This document shows positions 32,848 to 44,058 of a DNA stretch of 64,000 nt, piece after piece. Origin of the DNA: Prochlorococcus sp. AG-402-N08 (GTDB lineage: Bacteria > Cyanobacteriota > Cyanobacteriia > PCC-6307 > Cyanobiaceae); NCBI GenBank assembly GCA_003216535.1, contig QCIS01000002.1, positions 157,774-221,773 on the forward strand. Reading direction: 5' to 3'. The position numbers and the translations under genes were made by a program. The notes under the pieces are model-generated. The model made no database searches, had not been told where the DNA came from, and saw only the letters and a list, made by a program, of their open reading frames with translations. Each line of letters starts with the position of its first letter. Position 1 is the stretch's first letter.

Positions 32848-33467
32848 ATAGATCATCCTCAAATAGAAGGCCAAGGAGAGGCCCAAATAGAAGTTATAAC
32901 CCTCCAAATCCAAGAGATATGGATTCTTATGGACAAAGAAACAATAGATTGCCTGCTTCTTCTGAACAAAAGATCAACTTCAGTACAGGAACTATTGCTG
33001 TTCTTGCGGGAGTTCTAATTTTAGGAGTTGGTATTGGGAGCGCTATTACCAGCACAACAGATGGTGGACAGGGAAATATAGCTAGTCAACAACAATTAGA
33101 TATGGCTGTGCCAGACCCTGAATTTTGCAGACAATGGGGAGCCAGTGCTTTTGTAATTGATGTTGAAATGTATACAACTCTTAATCCATCTACGAGTTTT
33201 GTAACACAACCAGCTCTTCAACCAGGTTGCGTGATTAGAAGAGAGAATTGGACAGTTTTACAAAAACAGGGGGCAATTAGTAATGAAGATGTCAGAGAAT
33301 GTAAGCAAAGGATGAATACTTTTGCTTATATTGGATCTATAAGAGATAAGCCAATAGTTAAATGCGTTTATCAGACTGATGTAAATGAAAATAAATTTAT
33401 CATAAAGGGCGATGGACAAGCCGAAGACGGAGGAGTAGGAATTAATAAAGAAGCTATTCAGTTTTGA
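32844..33467 (+). CDS. DUF3172-like conserved cyanobacterial membrane protein
   Basis: Single [42 protein letters not shown]. Confidence 0.75.
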   Translation: MNRSSSNRRPRRGPNRSYNPPNPRDMDSYGQRNNRLPASSEQKINFSTGTIAVLAGVLILGVGIGSAITSTTDGGQGNIASQQQLDMAVPDPEFCRQWGASAFVIDVEMYTTLNPSTSFVTQPALQPGCVIRRENWTVLQKQGAISNEDVRECKQRMNTFAYIGSIRDKPIVKCVYQTDVNENKFIIKGDGQAEDGGVGINKEAIQF

Positions 33468-33473
33468 TCAAAA

Positions 33474-34418
33474 TTATAGATGCCTCAAAGGGCTTTCTAA
33501 ACTAGCAAATTTTGGCAGAATATTTTTCTTAAATTCTTCTGATGCTCTTGATGTATATCTTGAAGGATTAGTAATTAATTTAAGTTCTCTTTTAACCTCT
33601 AAGTCAGCAACGAATGCTTTATGAATTGTTCCAGCCGATAATTCTCTTTCAATAGAAACAACAGGCAAAAAGGAAGCTCCTAAACCTGATTGAACTGCAT
33701 TCTTGATTGCTTCAAGAGAGTTAAGTTCCATCTCAATTCTTAATCTTTGAATATCAAGCCCAGAATCTTGAAGAAGTTTGTCAACAACTTTTCTTGTTGT
33801 AGATTGAGAGTCTAGTGTTACAAAATTTAATTTGTATAAGTCTTCTTTTAAAAGCTCTTTTTTGGTCGAAAGGGGGTGTGTAGAGGGTAAAACCAATGCC
33901 AATTGATCTGTGGCATAAGGAATTACTTGTAGCAAATTTTCTAAATCTCCTGGTAATTGTCCGCCAATAATGGCTAAGTCAATTTGTCCATTGGCGACAC
34001 TCCAACCAGTTCTTCTAGTACTATGAACTTGAAGTTGAACAGATACATCAGGGTATTTTTGCCTGAAAAGTCCTATCATTCTGGGCATTAAATAGGTTCC
34101 CGTCGTTTGGCTGGCTCCAATGACAAGAGTTCCACCTTTTAAGCTATTTAAATCTTCAATAGCTTTGCAAGCTTCGTCGCATTGATTTAAAATTCGTTCG
34201 CAATATTCAAGCAATAGTCTTCCTGCTTCAGTCAATAGAGCCTTTCTACCACCTCTGTCGAAAATTGTGATTTCAAGTTGTTTTTCTAGATTTTGTATTT
34301 GTAAACTAACGGCAGGTTGAGTTACATATAAGAGATCCGCAGCTTTTTTAAAACTTCCTTGAGCTGCTATCGCTTTTAGTATTCTTAATTGGTCAAGTGT
34401 AAATGGTAATTCTGGCAT
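33474..34418 (-). CDS. rbcR: LysR-family regulator RbcR/Ycf30
   Basis: [40 protein letters not shown]. Confidence 0.88.
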   Translation of the reverse strand: MPELPFTLDQLRILKAIAAQGSFKKAADLLYVTQPAVSLQIQNLEKQLEITIFDRGGRKALLTEAGRLLLEYCERILNQCDEACKAIEDLNSLKGGTLVIGASQTTGTYLMPRMIGLFRQKYPDVSVQLQVHSTRRTGWSVANGQIDLAIIGGQLPGDLENLLQVIPYATDQLALVLPSTHPLSTKKELLKEDLYKLNFVTLDSQSTTRKVVDKLLQDSGLDIQRLRIEMELNSLEAIKNAVQSGLGASFLPVVSIERELSAGTIHKAFVADLEVKRELKLITNPSRYTSRASEEFKKNILPKFASLESPLRHL

Positions 34419-34501
34419 CTATTATGCCTACAATTACTTATAATTCTAATGCTTAGAAGCATTCTTGTTAAGAACAAAAATTATTTGAAAAATTTTAATA
34501 T

Positions 34502-35230
34502 ATGGAGACTCATAAAACTTCCCTAATAATTTTACTCTTGATTTTGATTTTTGCGGTAATTCATAGTGGTGGAGCTGCTTTAAGAATCAAAGCAGAATCT
34601 TTTATGGGGCCTAGGTTATGGCGGTTATGTTTTGTTTTTTTAAGTTTGCCATCTGCAATTATCTTGATTAGTTATTATTTAGCTCATAGATATGACGGAA
34701 TCAGATTATGGAATTTACAGGGTAGTAATTTCGTTTTTATGATGGTTTGGTTCTTAACTGCAATAAGTTTTTTATTTTTATATCCCGCTACTTACAATTT
34801 GCTAGAAATTCCTTCTGTTTTAAAACCTAAAGTACGAATTTATGGAACTGGGATAATGAGAATCACAAGACATCCCCAAGCATTTGGTCAAATAATTTGG
34901 TGTTTTGCTCATACTTTATGGATTGGCACATCATTCACATTAATAACTTCTATAGGCTTAATTTTGCATCACCTTTTTGCAATTTGGCATGGGGATAAGA
35001 GATTAGCAAATAGATTTGGAGAAGAATTTGAAAAGTTTAAAAAAAATACTTCCATAATCCCTTTTATGGCAATACTTGAAGGGAGGCAAGAATTTAAGAT
35101 TAAAGAATTTTTTAGGTTATCTCAACTTGGTATATTAATTGCAATAGGGGTACTTTGGTGGTCCCATCAGTATATAAATATTGCTGTTAAAACATTTAAT
35201 TCATCATTTTTGTCTGAATTTTTCAATTGA
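34502..35230 (+). CDS. NnrU family protein, probable 15-cis-zeta-carotene isomerase (Z-ISO)
   Basis: HSGGAALR, HRYDGIRLW, GIMRITRHPQAFGQ, HHLFAIWHGD. Confidence 0.8.
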   Translation: METHKTSLIILLLILIFAVIHSGGAALRIKAESFMGPRLWRLCFVFLSLPSAIILISYYLAHRYDGIRLWNLQGSNFVFMMVWFLTAISFLFLYPATYNLLEIPSVLKPKVRIYGTGIMRITRHPQAFGQIIWCFAHTLWIGTSFTLITSIGLILHHLFAIWHGDKRLANRFGEEFEKFKKNTSIIPFMAILEGRQEFKIKEFFRLSQLGILIAIGVLWWSHQYINIAVKTFNSSFLSEFFN

Positions 35231-35263
35231 CAGTTTAAAATTAAAATACAAATCCTTTAAAAA

Positions 35264-37285
35264 ATGCCTCAAGCTTCAGAAATTGCCTGGTTAATTCCTG
35301 TCTTCCCACTGATTGGTGCTGTGCTTTCTGGCTTGGGATTAATAAGTATTAATAAGAAAATTAATAATTCAAGAGAAATTGTTTCTGTGGGTCTGATTTC
35401 TTTCGTTGGGATTTCTGCGGTAATTAGTTATAAAGCACTTATTGAACAAGTTAATGGTTATCAATCAGTAGAAAAATTATTTATATGGGCTAATGCTGGG
35501 GATTTTACAATTCCAATGGGCTTTGTTCTTGACCCTTTGGGAAGTTTGATGCTTGCTTTAGTAACGACAATAACTTTGCTGGTAATGATTTACTCTCATG
35601 GTTACATGGCGCATGACAAAGGTTATGTCAGATTTTTTACATATTTAGCATTATTTAGTAGTTCAATGATGGGATTAATAGTTAGTCCAAATTTATTAGA
35701 AATTTATGTTTTTTGGGAATTAGTTGGAATGTGTTCTTATTTATTAGTTGGTTTTTGGTACGACAGAGATGGCGCTGCACACGCTGCTCAAAAAGCATTT
35801 GTGGTTAATAGAGTGGGAGATTTTGGATTATTACTAGGTATTCTTGGTCTTTTTTGGGCGACAAATAGTTTTGATTTTAATGAAATAGCTACTGGAATTT
35901 CTCAATCAATATCTGACAATTCAATACCCATTTGGGCTGCTTTACTACTTTGTTTTTTAGTTTTTTTAGGACCAATGGCAAAATCTGCTCAGTTTCCTCT
36001 TCATGTGTGGTTGCCTGATGCGATGGAGGGTCCGACGCCTATTTCTGCACTGATCCATGCTGCAACAATGGTTGCTGCAGGAATATTTCTTGTAGCAAGA
36101 CTACAACCTTTGTATTCAATATTCCCCTTTATTCAGTTCATTATTGCTTTAGTTGGTACCATCACTTGTTTTTTAGGAGCCTCTATAGCATTGACCCAAA
36201 TGGATTTAAAAAAAGGTTTAGCTTACAGCACAGTTTCTCAGCTTGGTTATATGATGCTCGCGATGGGTTGTGGAGCACCAGTAGCAGGAATTTTTCATTT
36301 AGTTACTCATGCTTGCTTTAAAGCAATGCTATTTTTGGGATCTGGTTCAGTAATACACGCCATGGAAGAAGTAGTTGGCCATGAGCCTGTATTAGCTCAA
36401 GATATGAGATTAATGGGCGGTTTAAGAAAAAAAATGCCCTATACATCAATAACATTTTTAATAGGTTGTGTCGCAATTAGTGGAATACCTCCTTTAGCAG
36501 GTTTTTGGAGTAAAGACGAGATACTCGGAAATGCATTTTTATCATTTCCAGCTTTTTGGTTTATAGGACTTTTAACAGCTGGCATGACTGCTTTTTATAT
36601 GTTTAGGCTTTATTTCTTGACATTTGAAGGGGATTTCAGAGGGGAGAACAAGGAATTGCAAAAACAGCTTTTAATAGCTTCTAAATCAAATCTAGATGAA
36701 GAAAATGAAGAGAAACATGAACAACATGGCTCCCTTCATGAGTCGCCCTGGTCTATGACATTTCCCTTGGTTTTTCTAGCTGTACCTTCTTTAATTATCG
36801 GTTTTATGGGACTGCCATGGGATAGTAAAATTGCAAATTTACTTGATCCCGAAGAAGCAGAGACTGCTGCAAAAGCCTTCGAACTAAAAGAATTTTTGCC
36901 TTTAGCAATAGCGTCAGTTCTTATTGCATCAGTTGGAATTATTATTGCTTATCAGGCATATTTTGTGAAAAAAATTAATTTGTCAGTTTTATTTGCCGAA
37001 AAGTTTCCCAATATCAATCAATTTTTATCCAATAAATGGTATCTAGATGATATTAATGAAAAACTTTTTGTTAAGGGGAGTAGAAAACTTGCTAAAGAAG
37101 TCTTAGAAGTTGATTCTAAGGTTGTTGATGGAGTTGTAAATCTTACTGGACTTGTGACTTTGGGTAGTGGAGAAGGTTTAAAATATTTTGAGACTGGTAG
37201 GGCTCAATTTTATGCGCTCATTGTTTTTGGAGGAGTAATACTACTAGTTGCCATATTTGGTTTTCAATCCCCTCAAGTATCTTAA
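35264..37285 (+). CDS. ndhF: NDH-1 subunit 5 (F)
   Basis: KAFVVNRVGD, AKSAQFPLHVWLPDAMEGPTP, HACFKAMLFL, GFWSKDEI. Confidence 0.95.
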   Translation: MPQASEIAWLIPVFPLIGAVLSGLGLISINKKINNSREIVSVGLISFVGISAVISYKALIEQVNGYQSVEKLFIWANAGDFTIPMGFVLDPLGSLMLALVTTITLLVMIYSHGYMAHDKGYVRFFTYLALFSSSMMGLIVSPNLLEIYVFWELVGMCSYLLVGFWYDRDGAAHAAQKAFVVNRVGDFGLLLGILGLFWATNSFDFNEIATGISQSISDNSIPIWAALLLCFLVFLGPMAKSAQFPLHVWLPDAMEGPTPISALIHAATMVAAGIFLVARLQPLYSIFPFIQFIIALVGTITCFLGASIALTQMDLKKGLAYSTVSQLGYMMLAMGCGAPVAGIFHLVTHACFKAMLFLGSGSVIHAMEEVVGHEPVLAQDMRLMGGLRKKMPYTSITFLIGCVAISGIPPLAGFWSKDEILGNAFLSFPAFWFIGLLTAGMTAFYMFRLYFLTFEGDFRGENKELQKQLLIASKSNLDEENEEKHEQHGSLHESPWSMTFPLVFLAVPSLIIGFMGLPWDSKIANLLDPEEAETAAKAFELKEFLPLAIASVLIASVGIIIAYQAYFVKKINLSVLFAEKFPNINQFLSNKWYLDDINEKLFVKGSRKLAKEVLEVDSKVVDGVVNLTGLVTLGSGEGLKYFETGRAQFYALIVFGGVILLVAIFGFQSPQVS

Positions 37286-37370
37286 TTACAATTGTGTGTC
37301 TTCACTGTCCATTGGGGTGAAAAAATACAGAAAATTTCTAGACTTTATTTAAGATAAATTTGTTATTAAA

Positions 37371-39020
37371 TTGAGTACTTATTTTTTTACACATTTTGCG
37401 ACACAAATGTTGGGAACTTTGGGACCTTTGGGAGCTGGATTGTCTAATTTTCCTTGGTTATCTGCCTCAATTTTATTCCCAATTGGTAGTGCATTTGTGA
37501 TACCTTTTTTCCCTGATAAAGGGGATGGCAAAGAAGTGAGATGGTTTGCATTGTCTATTGCGTTAATAACTTTTTTAATAACTGTAGGTTCATATATAAA
37601 TGGCTTTGATATTAATGATGAAAATGTTCAACTTAAAGAAAATATTAGTTGGCTCCCTGATTTAGGACTTACTTGGTCTGTTGGCGCTGACGGCATGTCT
37701 ATGCCGTTAATATTATTAACTAGTTTTATAACTGCTTTAGCAGTTCTTGCTGCATGGCCAGTAAAGTTCAAACCAAAGTTATTTTTCTTTTTGATATTGG
37801 TTATGGATGGTGGGCAAATCGCTGTTTTTGCAGTACAAGATATGCTTTTATTCTTTCTAACTTGGGAACTTGAGTTAATTCCTGTTTATTTATTACTAGC
37901 TATATGGGGTGGCAAAAATCGACAATATGCAGCAACAAAATTCATTATATACACAGCTGGCAGTTCTATCTTCATTCTTCTGGCAGCTTTAGCAATGGGT
38001 TTCTATGGTACAGAAATTCCTAACTTTGAGTTTTCTCACTTGGCAGCTCAAGATTTTAGTCAAAAATTCCAAATATTATGTTACGTGGGACTATTAATAG
38101 CTTTTGGAGTAAAACTACCAATAGTTCCTCTTCATACTTGGCTTCCAGATGCTCATGGAGAGGCTACAGCTCCTGTTCATATGCTTCTAGCAGGTATTTT
38201 ACTAAAGATGGGTGGATATGCTCTTTTAAGATTTAATGCACAATTATTACCCCTTGCTCATGCTCAATTTGCACCATTATTAATAGTTCTAGGGGTAGTC
38301 AATATAATTTATGCTGCATTAACTTCTTTTGCTCAAAGAAATCTTAAAAGAAAAATTGCATACAGTTCGATAAGTCATATGGGTTTTGTTCTTATTGGGA
38401 TAGGGAGTTTTAGTAGCCTTGGAACAAGCGGAGCTATGCTGCAAATGGTTAGTCATGGATTAATCGGTGCAAGTTTATTTTTCCTTGTTGGTGCTACCTA
38501 TGACAGAACAAAGACTCTTAAACTTGATGAAATGAGTGGTGTAGGACAAAAAATGAGAATCATGTTTGCCCTATGGACTGCTTGCTCCCTAGCTTCTCTG
38601 GCTTTACCTGGTATGAGCGGATTTGTCTCCGAATTGATGGTATTTACAGGATTTGTGACTGATGAAGTATACACACTTCCTTTTAGGATTGTGATGGCCT
38701 CTTTAGCTGCTATAGGTGTAATACTTACTCCTATTTATCTACTTTCAATGTTGCGAGAAATTTTCTTTGGTAAAGAAAATCCTAAATTAATCGAAGAACG
38801 AAAACTAATAGATGCAGAGCCAAGAGAAGTTTATATTATTGCTTGTTTACTTTTACCGATTATTGGAATAGGTTTGTACCCAAGATTAGTGACTGAAAGT
38901 TATATTGCATCTATCAATAATTTGGTTGATAGAGATTTAAACGCAGTTAAAAGTGCTGTGAAAACAAATATTTTTTCAGGAACTAAAAAAAATGACATCC
39001 TAAAAGCACCAACAATATAA
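37371..39020 (+). CDS. ndhD: NDH-1 subunit 4 (D); start may be ATG 37407
   Basis: [41 protein letters not shown]. Confidence 0.95.
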   Translation: MSTYFFTHFATQMLGTLGPLGAGLSNFPWLSASILFPIGSAFVIPFFPDKGDGKEVRWFALSIALITFLITVGSYINGFDINDENVQLKENISWLPDLGLTWSVGADGMSMPLILLTSFITALAVLAAWPVKFKPKLFFFLILVMDGGQIAVFAVQDMLLFFLTWELELIPVYLLLAIWGGKNRQYAATKFIIYTAGSSIFILLAALAMGFYGTEIPNFEFSHLAAQDFSQKFQILCYVGLLIAFGVKLPIVPLHTWLPDAHGEATAPVHMLLAGILLKMGGYALLRFNAQLLPLAHAQFAPLLIVLGVVNIIYAALTSFAQRNLKRKIAYSSISHMGFVLIGIGSFSSLGTSGAMLQMVSHGLIGASLFFLVGATYDRTKTLKLDEMSGVGQKMRIMFALWTACSLASLALPGMSGFVSELMVFTGFVTDEVYTLPFRIVMASLAAIGVILTPIYLLSMLREIFFGKENPKLIEERKLIDAEPREVYIIACLLLPIIGIGLYPRLVTESYIASINNLVDRDLNAVKSAVKTNIFSGTKKNDILKAPTI

Positions 39021-39143
39021 TTTTTTAAATTAATGCAATATTGTTTGGCATTAAATAAATTAAAAGATATCTTGTGAGTAGATTTTATCTATTTAAAAAT
39101 ATCTTATTTCAATCCTATTGATAGGCAACAATTAGGTCCTAGA

Positions 39144-39953
39144 TTGTTGATTAAGTTCCTTCAAGACGCCGCAGGGAAAGGTGAGCTTGATCCATGGGAT
39201 ATTGATGTAATAAGTGTAATTGATAGTTTTTTGGAGCAATACGCACATACTTTCAATAGATCTTCAAATAGTCAAATCACATATCAAAAGGATTTGGCTG
39301 AGACAAGTGAAGCATTTTTTGCGGCTTCTGTACTAGTTAATTTAAAGGCCCAGGTTTTAGAATCTGATGTTTTTAAAGAAAATTCTTCAGATTTTGAAGA
39401 TGAATTTGATTTGGATGATCAAGATTGGATTGATAAAGAATTTGATATTCCAAAATATCCTGAAAAATATCTGCGGAGAAGATCAATTGCACAACCAATT
39501 CTTAAACGTACAACAACATTGGGAGAACTTGTAAGTCAGTTAGAGTCAATAGCAGAAGTTATAGAAACCCAAGATCTTCTGCTCATGAAGAGAAAAAGAA
39601 ATAAAAAATATTCTGATAAGGCTCTAATTTCTCAAGTAAAATCATTAGCACATCGCGAGAAACTTCCAGAAACCACTAAAGCATTAGGGAAATTTATTAA
39701 TGAATGGGAAAAAACATTACAATGGACAGATTTTGAATATTTAGTCAAGAAATGGCAAACAGTTGTAAAAAATGATTTAGATAAAGATCGTTTGGGAGTT
39801 TTTTGGGCTTTGTTATTTTTATCATCTGAAAACAAAATTGAAATTAAACAAATTAATTCCTTATATGGTCCAATTCAAATTAAAAGAATAATACCTGATG
39901 GTGGCGTAGCTCAATTGCCTATAGAAAATCTTGAGGTAAGTAATGCTTCTTGA
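39144..39953 (+). CDS. scpA: segregation/condensation protein A
   Basis: GELDPWDIDV, AASVLVNLKA, TTLGELV, VFWALLFL. Confidence 0.85.
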   Translation: MLIKFLQDAAGKGELDPWDIDVISVIDSFLEQYAHTFNRSSNSQITYQKDLAETSEAFFAASVLVNLKAQVLESDVFKENSSDFEDEFDLDDQDWIDKEFDIPKYPEKYLRRRSIAQPILKRTTTLGELVSQLESIAEVIETQDLLLMKRKRNKKYSDKALISQVKSLAHREKLPETTKALGKFINEWEKTLQWTDFEYLVKKWQTVVKNDLDKDRLGVFWALLFLSSENKIEIKQINSLYGPIQIKRIIPDGGVAQLPIENLEVSNAS

Positions 39954-40012
39954 TCAGCTGCTTAGAAGCTTAATAGTAATAACGTATAATTTAGAAAAAT
40001 GATTTTGAAATT

Positions 40013-41191
40013 ATGAAGGCAATGATACTTGCGGCAGGTAAAGGCACACGTGTTCAGCCTATTACTCATATTATTCCGAAACCGATGATTCCGATTTTGC
40101 AAAAACCTGTAATGGAGTTTCTCTTGGAACTTTTAAGGGAACATAACTTTAAGGAAATAATGGTAAATGTTTCTCATCTGGCTGAAGAAATTGAAAATTA
40201 TTTTAGGGATGGGCAAAGATTTGGAGTAGAGATTGCTTATAGTTTTGAGGGAAGAATTGAAGATGGAGAATTAATAGGTGATGCTTTAGGATCCGCAGGA
40301 GGATTAAAAAAAATTCAAGATTTTCAAAATTTTTTTGATGAAACTTTTGTTGTTTTATGTGGTGATGCTTTAGTTGATTTAGATTTAACTCAAGCTGTTA
40401 AAAAACATAAGCAGAAAGGAGCTATTGCGAGCTTAATCACAAAGAAGGTAACTAAAGATCAAGTATCAAGTTACGGTGTTGTAGTTTCAGATGAAAATGG
40501 ACGAATAAAGGCTTTTCAGGAAAAGCCATCAGTTGATCAAGCTTTAAGCGACTCTATAAATACAGGAATTTATCTTTTCGAACCCGAAATTTTTAATTAC
40601 ATACCTTCAGCAGAGAAATTTGATATTGGAGCGGATCTTTTCCCTAAACTTGTTGAAATGGATTTACCATTTTTTGCATTACCAATGGATTTTGAATGGG
40701 TAGATATTGGAAAAGTTCCTGATTATTGGAGTGCTATTAGAAATGTATTAAAAGGTAAGGTACGACAAGTGCAAATACCAGGTAAGGAAATTAAACCAGG
40801 AGTTTTTACAGGATTGAATGTTGCGGCTAACTGGGAAAAAGTTAATATAACAGGACCTGTTTATATAGGAGGCATGACTAGGATAGAGGATGGAGCAACT
40901 ATTATTGGCCCTTCCATGATTGGACCAAGTTGTTGCATTTGTGAGGGAGCAACTATAGATAACTCAATTATTTTTGATTATTCTAAAATTGGTAAAGGTG
41001 TAAGGCTTATGGATAAATTAGTGTTTGGTAAATATTGTGTTGGGAAAAATGGAGATCATTTTGATTTGCAAGATGCCTCTTTAGATTGGTTAATAGCAGA
41101 TTCAAGAAGATCTGATTTAACTGAGCCATCACCTCAGCAGAAAGCTATGGCAGAATTATTAGGTACTGATTTGATTAATATTCCAGATTAA
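40013..41191 (+). CDS. NDP-sugar synthase, CugP-like (UDP-glucose pyrophosphorylase / mannose-1-P guanylyltransferase family)
   Basis: MILAAGKGTRV, PKPMIP, FQEKP, C-terminal hexapeptide repeats. Confidence 0.85.
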   Translation: MKAMILAAGKGTRVQPITHIIPKPMIPILQKPVMEFLLELLREHNFKEIMVNVSHLAEEIENYFRDGQRFGVEIAYSFEGRIEDGELIGDALGSAGGLKKIQDFQNFFDETFVVLCGDALVDLDLTQAVKKHKQKGAIASLITKKVTKDQVSSYGVVVSDENGRIKAFQEKPSVDQALSDSINTGIYLFEPEIFNYIPSAEKFDIGADLFPKLVEMDLPFFALPMDFEWVDIGKVPDYWSAIRNVLKGKVRQVQIPGKEIKPGVFTGLNVAANWEKVNITGPVYIGGMTRIEDGATIIGPSMIGPSCCICEGATIDNSIIFDYSKIGKGVRLMDKLVFGKYCVGKNGDHFDLQDASLDWLIADSRRSDLTEPSPQQKAMAELLGTDLINIPD

Positions 41192-42065
41192 GATCAGCTT
41201 TTTCAATAATCTCAGGAATTAAATGCTCTGCCTTTACGGCCATTAGATGCACACCATTTGCAATATTAATAAAATCATGAGCTTGTTCAGCTGCAATTTT
41301 AATACCTTCCTGTAAAGGGTCTTTTGCATCTTTCAGACGATTTAAGATATTTTCAGGGATATATGCCCCTGGAACGTATTTGTTAATAAAGAGAGCGTTT
41401 TTGTAAGACTTTAATAGGAATACTCCTGCAATTACAGGAATTTCAAGAGGATTGGTAATTTTTTTGCAAAATTCTATCAAATTTTGTTTTTCCATAACCA
41501 TTTGAGTTTGTATAAATCCAGCTCCAGCCTCTTTTTTCTTTCTCATTCTATTTTCTAAACTTCTTTGATTTCTGCAACTAGGATCAGCTGCCGCACCTGC
41601 AAAAATAAATGTTTTTTTATCGGAAAGTTCTCCTAGAGTAGGATCAATTCCTTTATTGAAAGCTTGAATTTGTTGAAGCAATCTAACTGACTCAAACTCA
41701 TGTACTGCCTTAGCATCTTGTTGATCCCCTGCTTTTACTGAATCACCAGTAATGCATAAAATGTTTCTAATTCCTAAAGCATTTGCTCCCAGAATGTCAG
41801 ATTGTAAAGCAATTTTATTACGATCTCTGCAAGATATTTGCATTACTGGTTCTATTCCATTTTCCAGTAATAGTTTGGACATTGCCAAGCTGCACATTCT
41901 CATTACAGCTCTGCTTCCGTCAGTAATGTTAACAGCATGTACCTTATCTTTCAAAAGTTGTGCTATCTTAAGAGATCTTATGGGGTTTCCACCTCTTGGC
42001 GGCATTAACTCTGCCGTTATTACCTTAGATTTTTTTTCTAAAGTCTGCTGAAGTTTTGATTTCAA
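41175..42065 (-). CDS. metF: methylenetetrahydrofolate reductase
   Basis: AELMPPRG, NITDG, CRDRN, LCITGD, FIQTQMV. Confidence 0.92.
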   Translation of the reverse strand: MKSKLQQTLEKKSKVITAELMPPRGGNPIRSLKIAQLLKDKVHAVNITDGSRAVMRMCSLAMSKLLLENGIEPVMQISCRDRNKIALQSDILGANALGIRNILCITGDSVKAGDQQDAKAVHEFESVRLLQQIQAFNKGIDPTLGELSDKKTFIFAGAAADPSCRNQRSLENRMRKKKEAGAGFIQTQMVMEKQNLIEFCKKITNPLEIPVIAGVFLLKSYKNALFINKYVPGAYIPENILNRLKDAKDPLQEGIKIAAEQAHDFINIANGVHLMAVKAEHLIPEIIEKADLNLEY

Positions 42066-42142
42066 TTGCTTTTGTTTCCTTGTTGGTTAACAAGTGTACT
42101 GAGATTGCTAAACTTTATTAATATAAAAAAGGAACTGTTTAA

Positions 42143-42421
42143 ATGCAAATGGTTGAAGAAGAAGTAAACAACATTGATATGATGGGTCTCTCTGCTAGAG
42201 AGATGGAAATCATTGATCTCGTAGCTGATGGGCTCACTAATCAAGAAATTGCGGTAAAACTAACTATCAGTAAAAGAACTGTTGATAATCATGTAAGTAA
42301 TATGTTTACAAAAACTGGCTCTAAAAACAGAGTAGCACTTTTGAATTGGGCAATGGACAACGGAAAGATTTGTAGAGATGGATTTAATTGTTGTTCACTC
42401 CCAGACTCTGATCAAGATTAG
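42143..42421 (+). CDS. standalone LuxR-type HTH regulator with Cys-rich tail (PedR-like)
   Basis: LSAREMEIIDLVADGLTNQEIA..L.IS.RTV.NH, tail KICRDGFNCC. Confidence 0.85.
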   Translation: MQMVEEEVNNIDMMGLSAREMEIIDLVADGLTNQEIAVKLTISKRTVDNHVSNMFTKTGSKNRVALLNWAMDNGKICRDGFNCCSLPDSDQD

Positions 42422-42572
42422 TATTAACTTTTTCTTTTTTTGTATCGTTAGCCAAATCCATTAAACAATAATTTGTAGAACCTAATTCGAAGAGTTCAGC
42501 ATATGCAATACATGTATCTTTGTCTGAATCAACAAATCTCAATATTCCTTCCTTGTCGTAAAGACCATACAT
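42384..42572 (-). CDS. small hypothetical protein
   Basis: 62 aa ATG ORF filling the gap between the LuxR gene and the CYTH gene; overlaps LuxR convergently by 38 nt. Confidence 0.55.
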   Translation of the reverse strand: MYGLYDKEGILRFVDSDKDTCIAYAELFELGSTNYCLMDLANDTKKEKVNTNLDQSLGVNNN

Positions 42573-42617
42573 GTGGAGAAAAATAAAAATAACTTTACTT
42601 AAATATAAAGAAAATAT

Positions 42618-42637
42618 AAAGGATGAGTGGCTCCTTT
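42618..42637 (-). terminator. possible terminator hairpin downstream of the CYTH gene
   Basis: AAAGGA-N8-TCCTTT inverted repeat 2 nt after the stop, followed on the minus strand by an A/T-rich run. Confidence 0.35.
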
Positions 42638-42639
42638 GA

Positions 42640-43137
42640 CTAGTTACTTTTAAAAGTTGTCAAATAGTCTTCTTTCCATTCTGAAAAAGGATTCTTAGCG
42701 AGACTGAAATTGGAGTAATGGGTCAGCCCAGTAATTTCTTTTGAAATGAAAGATGGAAGAAATAAATCTTCCTCTTCATTGGAAAGTTCAATTTCTGCAA
42801 TTACGAGTGGATAATTATTTTCTTTAAAGCAATCTATAATCCAAGATTTTTTTTCAACTTCTAAAAAGAATCTTTCTTTTTTAATTGTACTTGAAAGATT
42901 TGACATTATTGTTTCAGCATCGTTTCGCGGAATGGAGTATTCAAATTCAAAGTTGGTAAAGCCTTTGATATGTTTTTTGAGCGCAATTTTAGAGTCTTTC
43001 CCTGTAAACCTTAATCTTATAATCCAACCATCTAAACTTTTGGATAAATATCCTTGTTCAATATAAATTTTTTTAGTTATGAATTCTTTCCAATTATCAT
43101 TTTTTATAAGAAATCTTCTTTCTATTTCTAAGGCCAT
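42640..43137 (-). CDS. CYTH domain protein
   Basis: EIERRFL, IEQGY, IRLR, EFEY, KERF, AEIE. Confidence 0.9.
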   Translation of the reverse strand: MALEIERRFLIKNDNWKEFITKKIYIEQGYLSKSLDGWIIRLRFTGKDSKIALKKHIKGFTNFEFEYSIPRNDAETIMSNLSSTIKKERFFLEVEKKSWIIDCFKENNYPLVIAEIELSNEEEDLFLPSFISKEITGLTHYSNFSLAKNPFSEWKEDYLTTFKSN

Positions 43138-44049
43138 TTAGTTGTTTGGATTTTTTTGAGATAAATCACCTTTCCAATCTAGTTTTTTTATTAAGGTATT
43201 ATAGTAATTAGTGCTTTTTTTAAACTTTATTATTTTGCAGGGTGATTGCCCTTTTTTGATCTCACAATAATAATTCTCCTTAATAGTCATACATTTTGAA
43301 CCGTCTCTCCATAATTTAATTTCTCCTTTACTTTTTTTTACAGGTTTAATTATTACCTTACTTGTATTAGGTATAACTATTGGTCTACTAGCCAAACTCA
43401 TCGGGCATATAGGGTTAATTATCATTGCATCAATGCTGGGGTGCACTATTGGACCACCTGCAGCCATTGAGTAGGCAGTTGAACCAGTAGATGTAGATAT
43501 GATTAATCCATCACCTTTATATTCATTGACTTTCTCGTTATCTATTTCAATTTGTATTTGGTTGGTAGGAGAAATGTCTTCTTCAATAGATTTAAAATAA
43601 AAATCATTTAAGGCGTCGTAGCTTTTTATAATTTTTTTCTCAGAAGTTGTCCCATTAATACAAACATTACAATTTAATCTATTACGAAAGTCAATTGTAT
43701 ATTCTTCTTTTTCAAGAATTTCAATAAAAGATTTGTCAAACAAAAAATCTTTTTCTTGCGTAAGGAATCCTAGATTACCACCAATATTGATGCTCAACAA
43801 AGGAACATCATAATCAGCTAAAGCATTTGCACATTTTAGGAAGGTTCCATCCCCACCAAGAACTATGCCAATATTTGGTGGTAATTCTGGATTACAAAAA
43901 TGTTTTTCAATTTCATCTTTATGAAAATCACTTTCAATTCTTTTTGATTTTATATTTTTAGCTTTAAGGACTTCTTCGCAGAATTTAGAAGCCTCTTGAG
44001 CTATAAAACTATTTGAACGATATACAATAAGCACTAATGAAAGTTTCAT
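43138..44049 (-). CDS. NAD(+) kinase
   Basis: [38 protein letters not shown]. Confidence 0.95.
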   Translation of the reverse strand: MKLSLVLIVYRSNSFIAQEASKFCEEVLKAKNIKSKRIESDFHKDEIEKHFCNPELPPNIGIVLGGDGTFLKCANALADYDVPLLSINIGGNLGFLTQEKDFLFDKSFIEILEKEEYTIDFRNRLNCNVCINGTTSEKKIIKSYDALNDFYFKSIEEDISPTNQIQIEIDNEKVNEYKGDGLIISTSTGSTAYSMAAGGPIVHPSIDAMIINPICPMSLASRPIVIPNTSKVIIKPVKKSKGEIKLWRDGSKCMTIKENYYCEIKKGQSPCKIIKFKKSTNYYNTLIKKLDWKGDLSQKNPNN

Positions 44050-44058
44050 TTAGTGGTT

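Noticed and set aside
39030-39054. TTAATGC...GCATTAA inverted repeat after ndhD
   Set aside because: Weak AT-rich stem with a long loop and no U tract; insufficient for a terminator call
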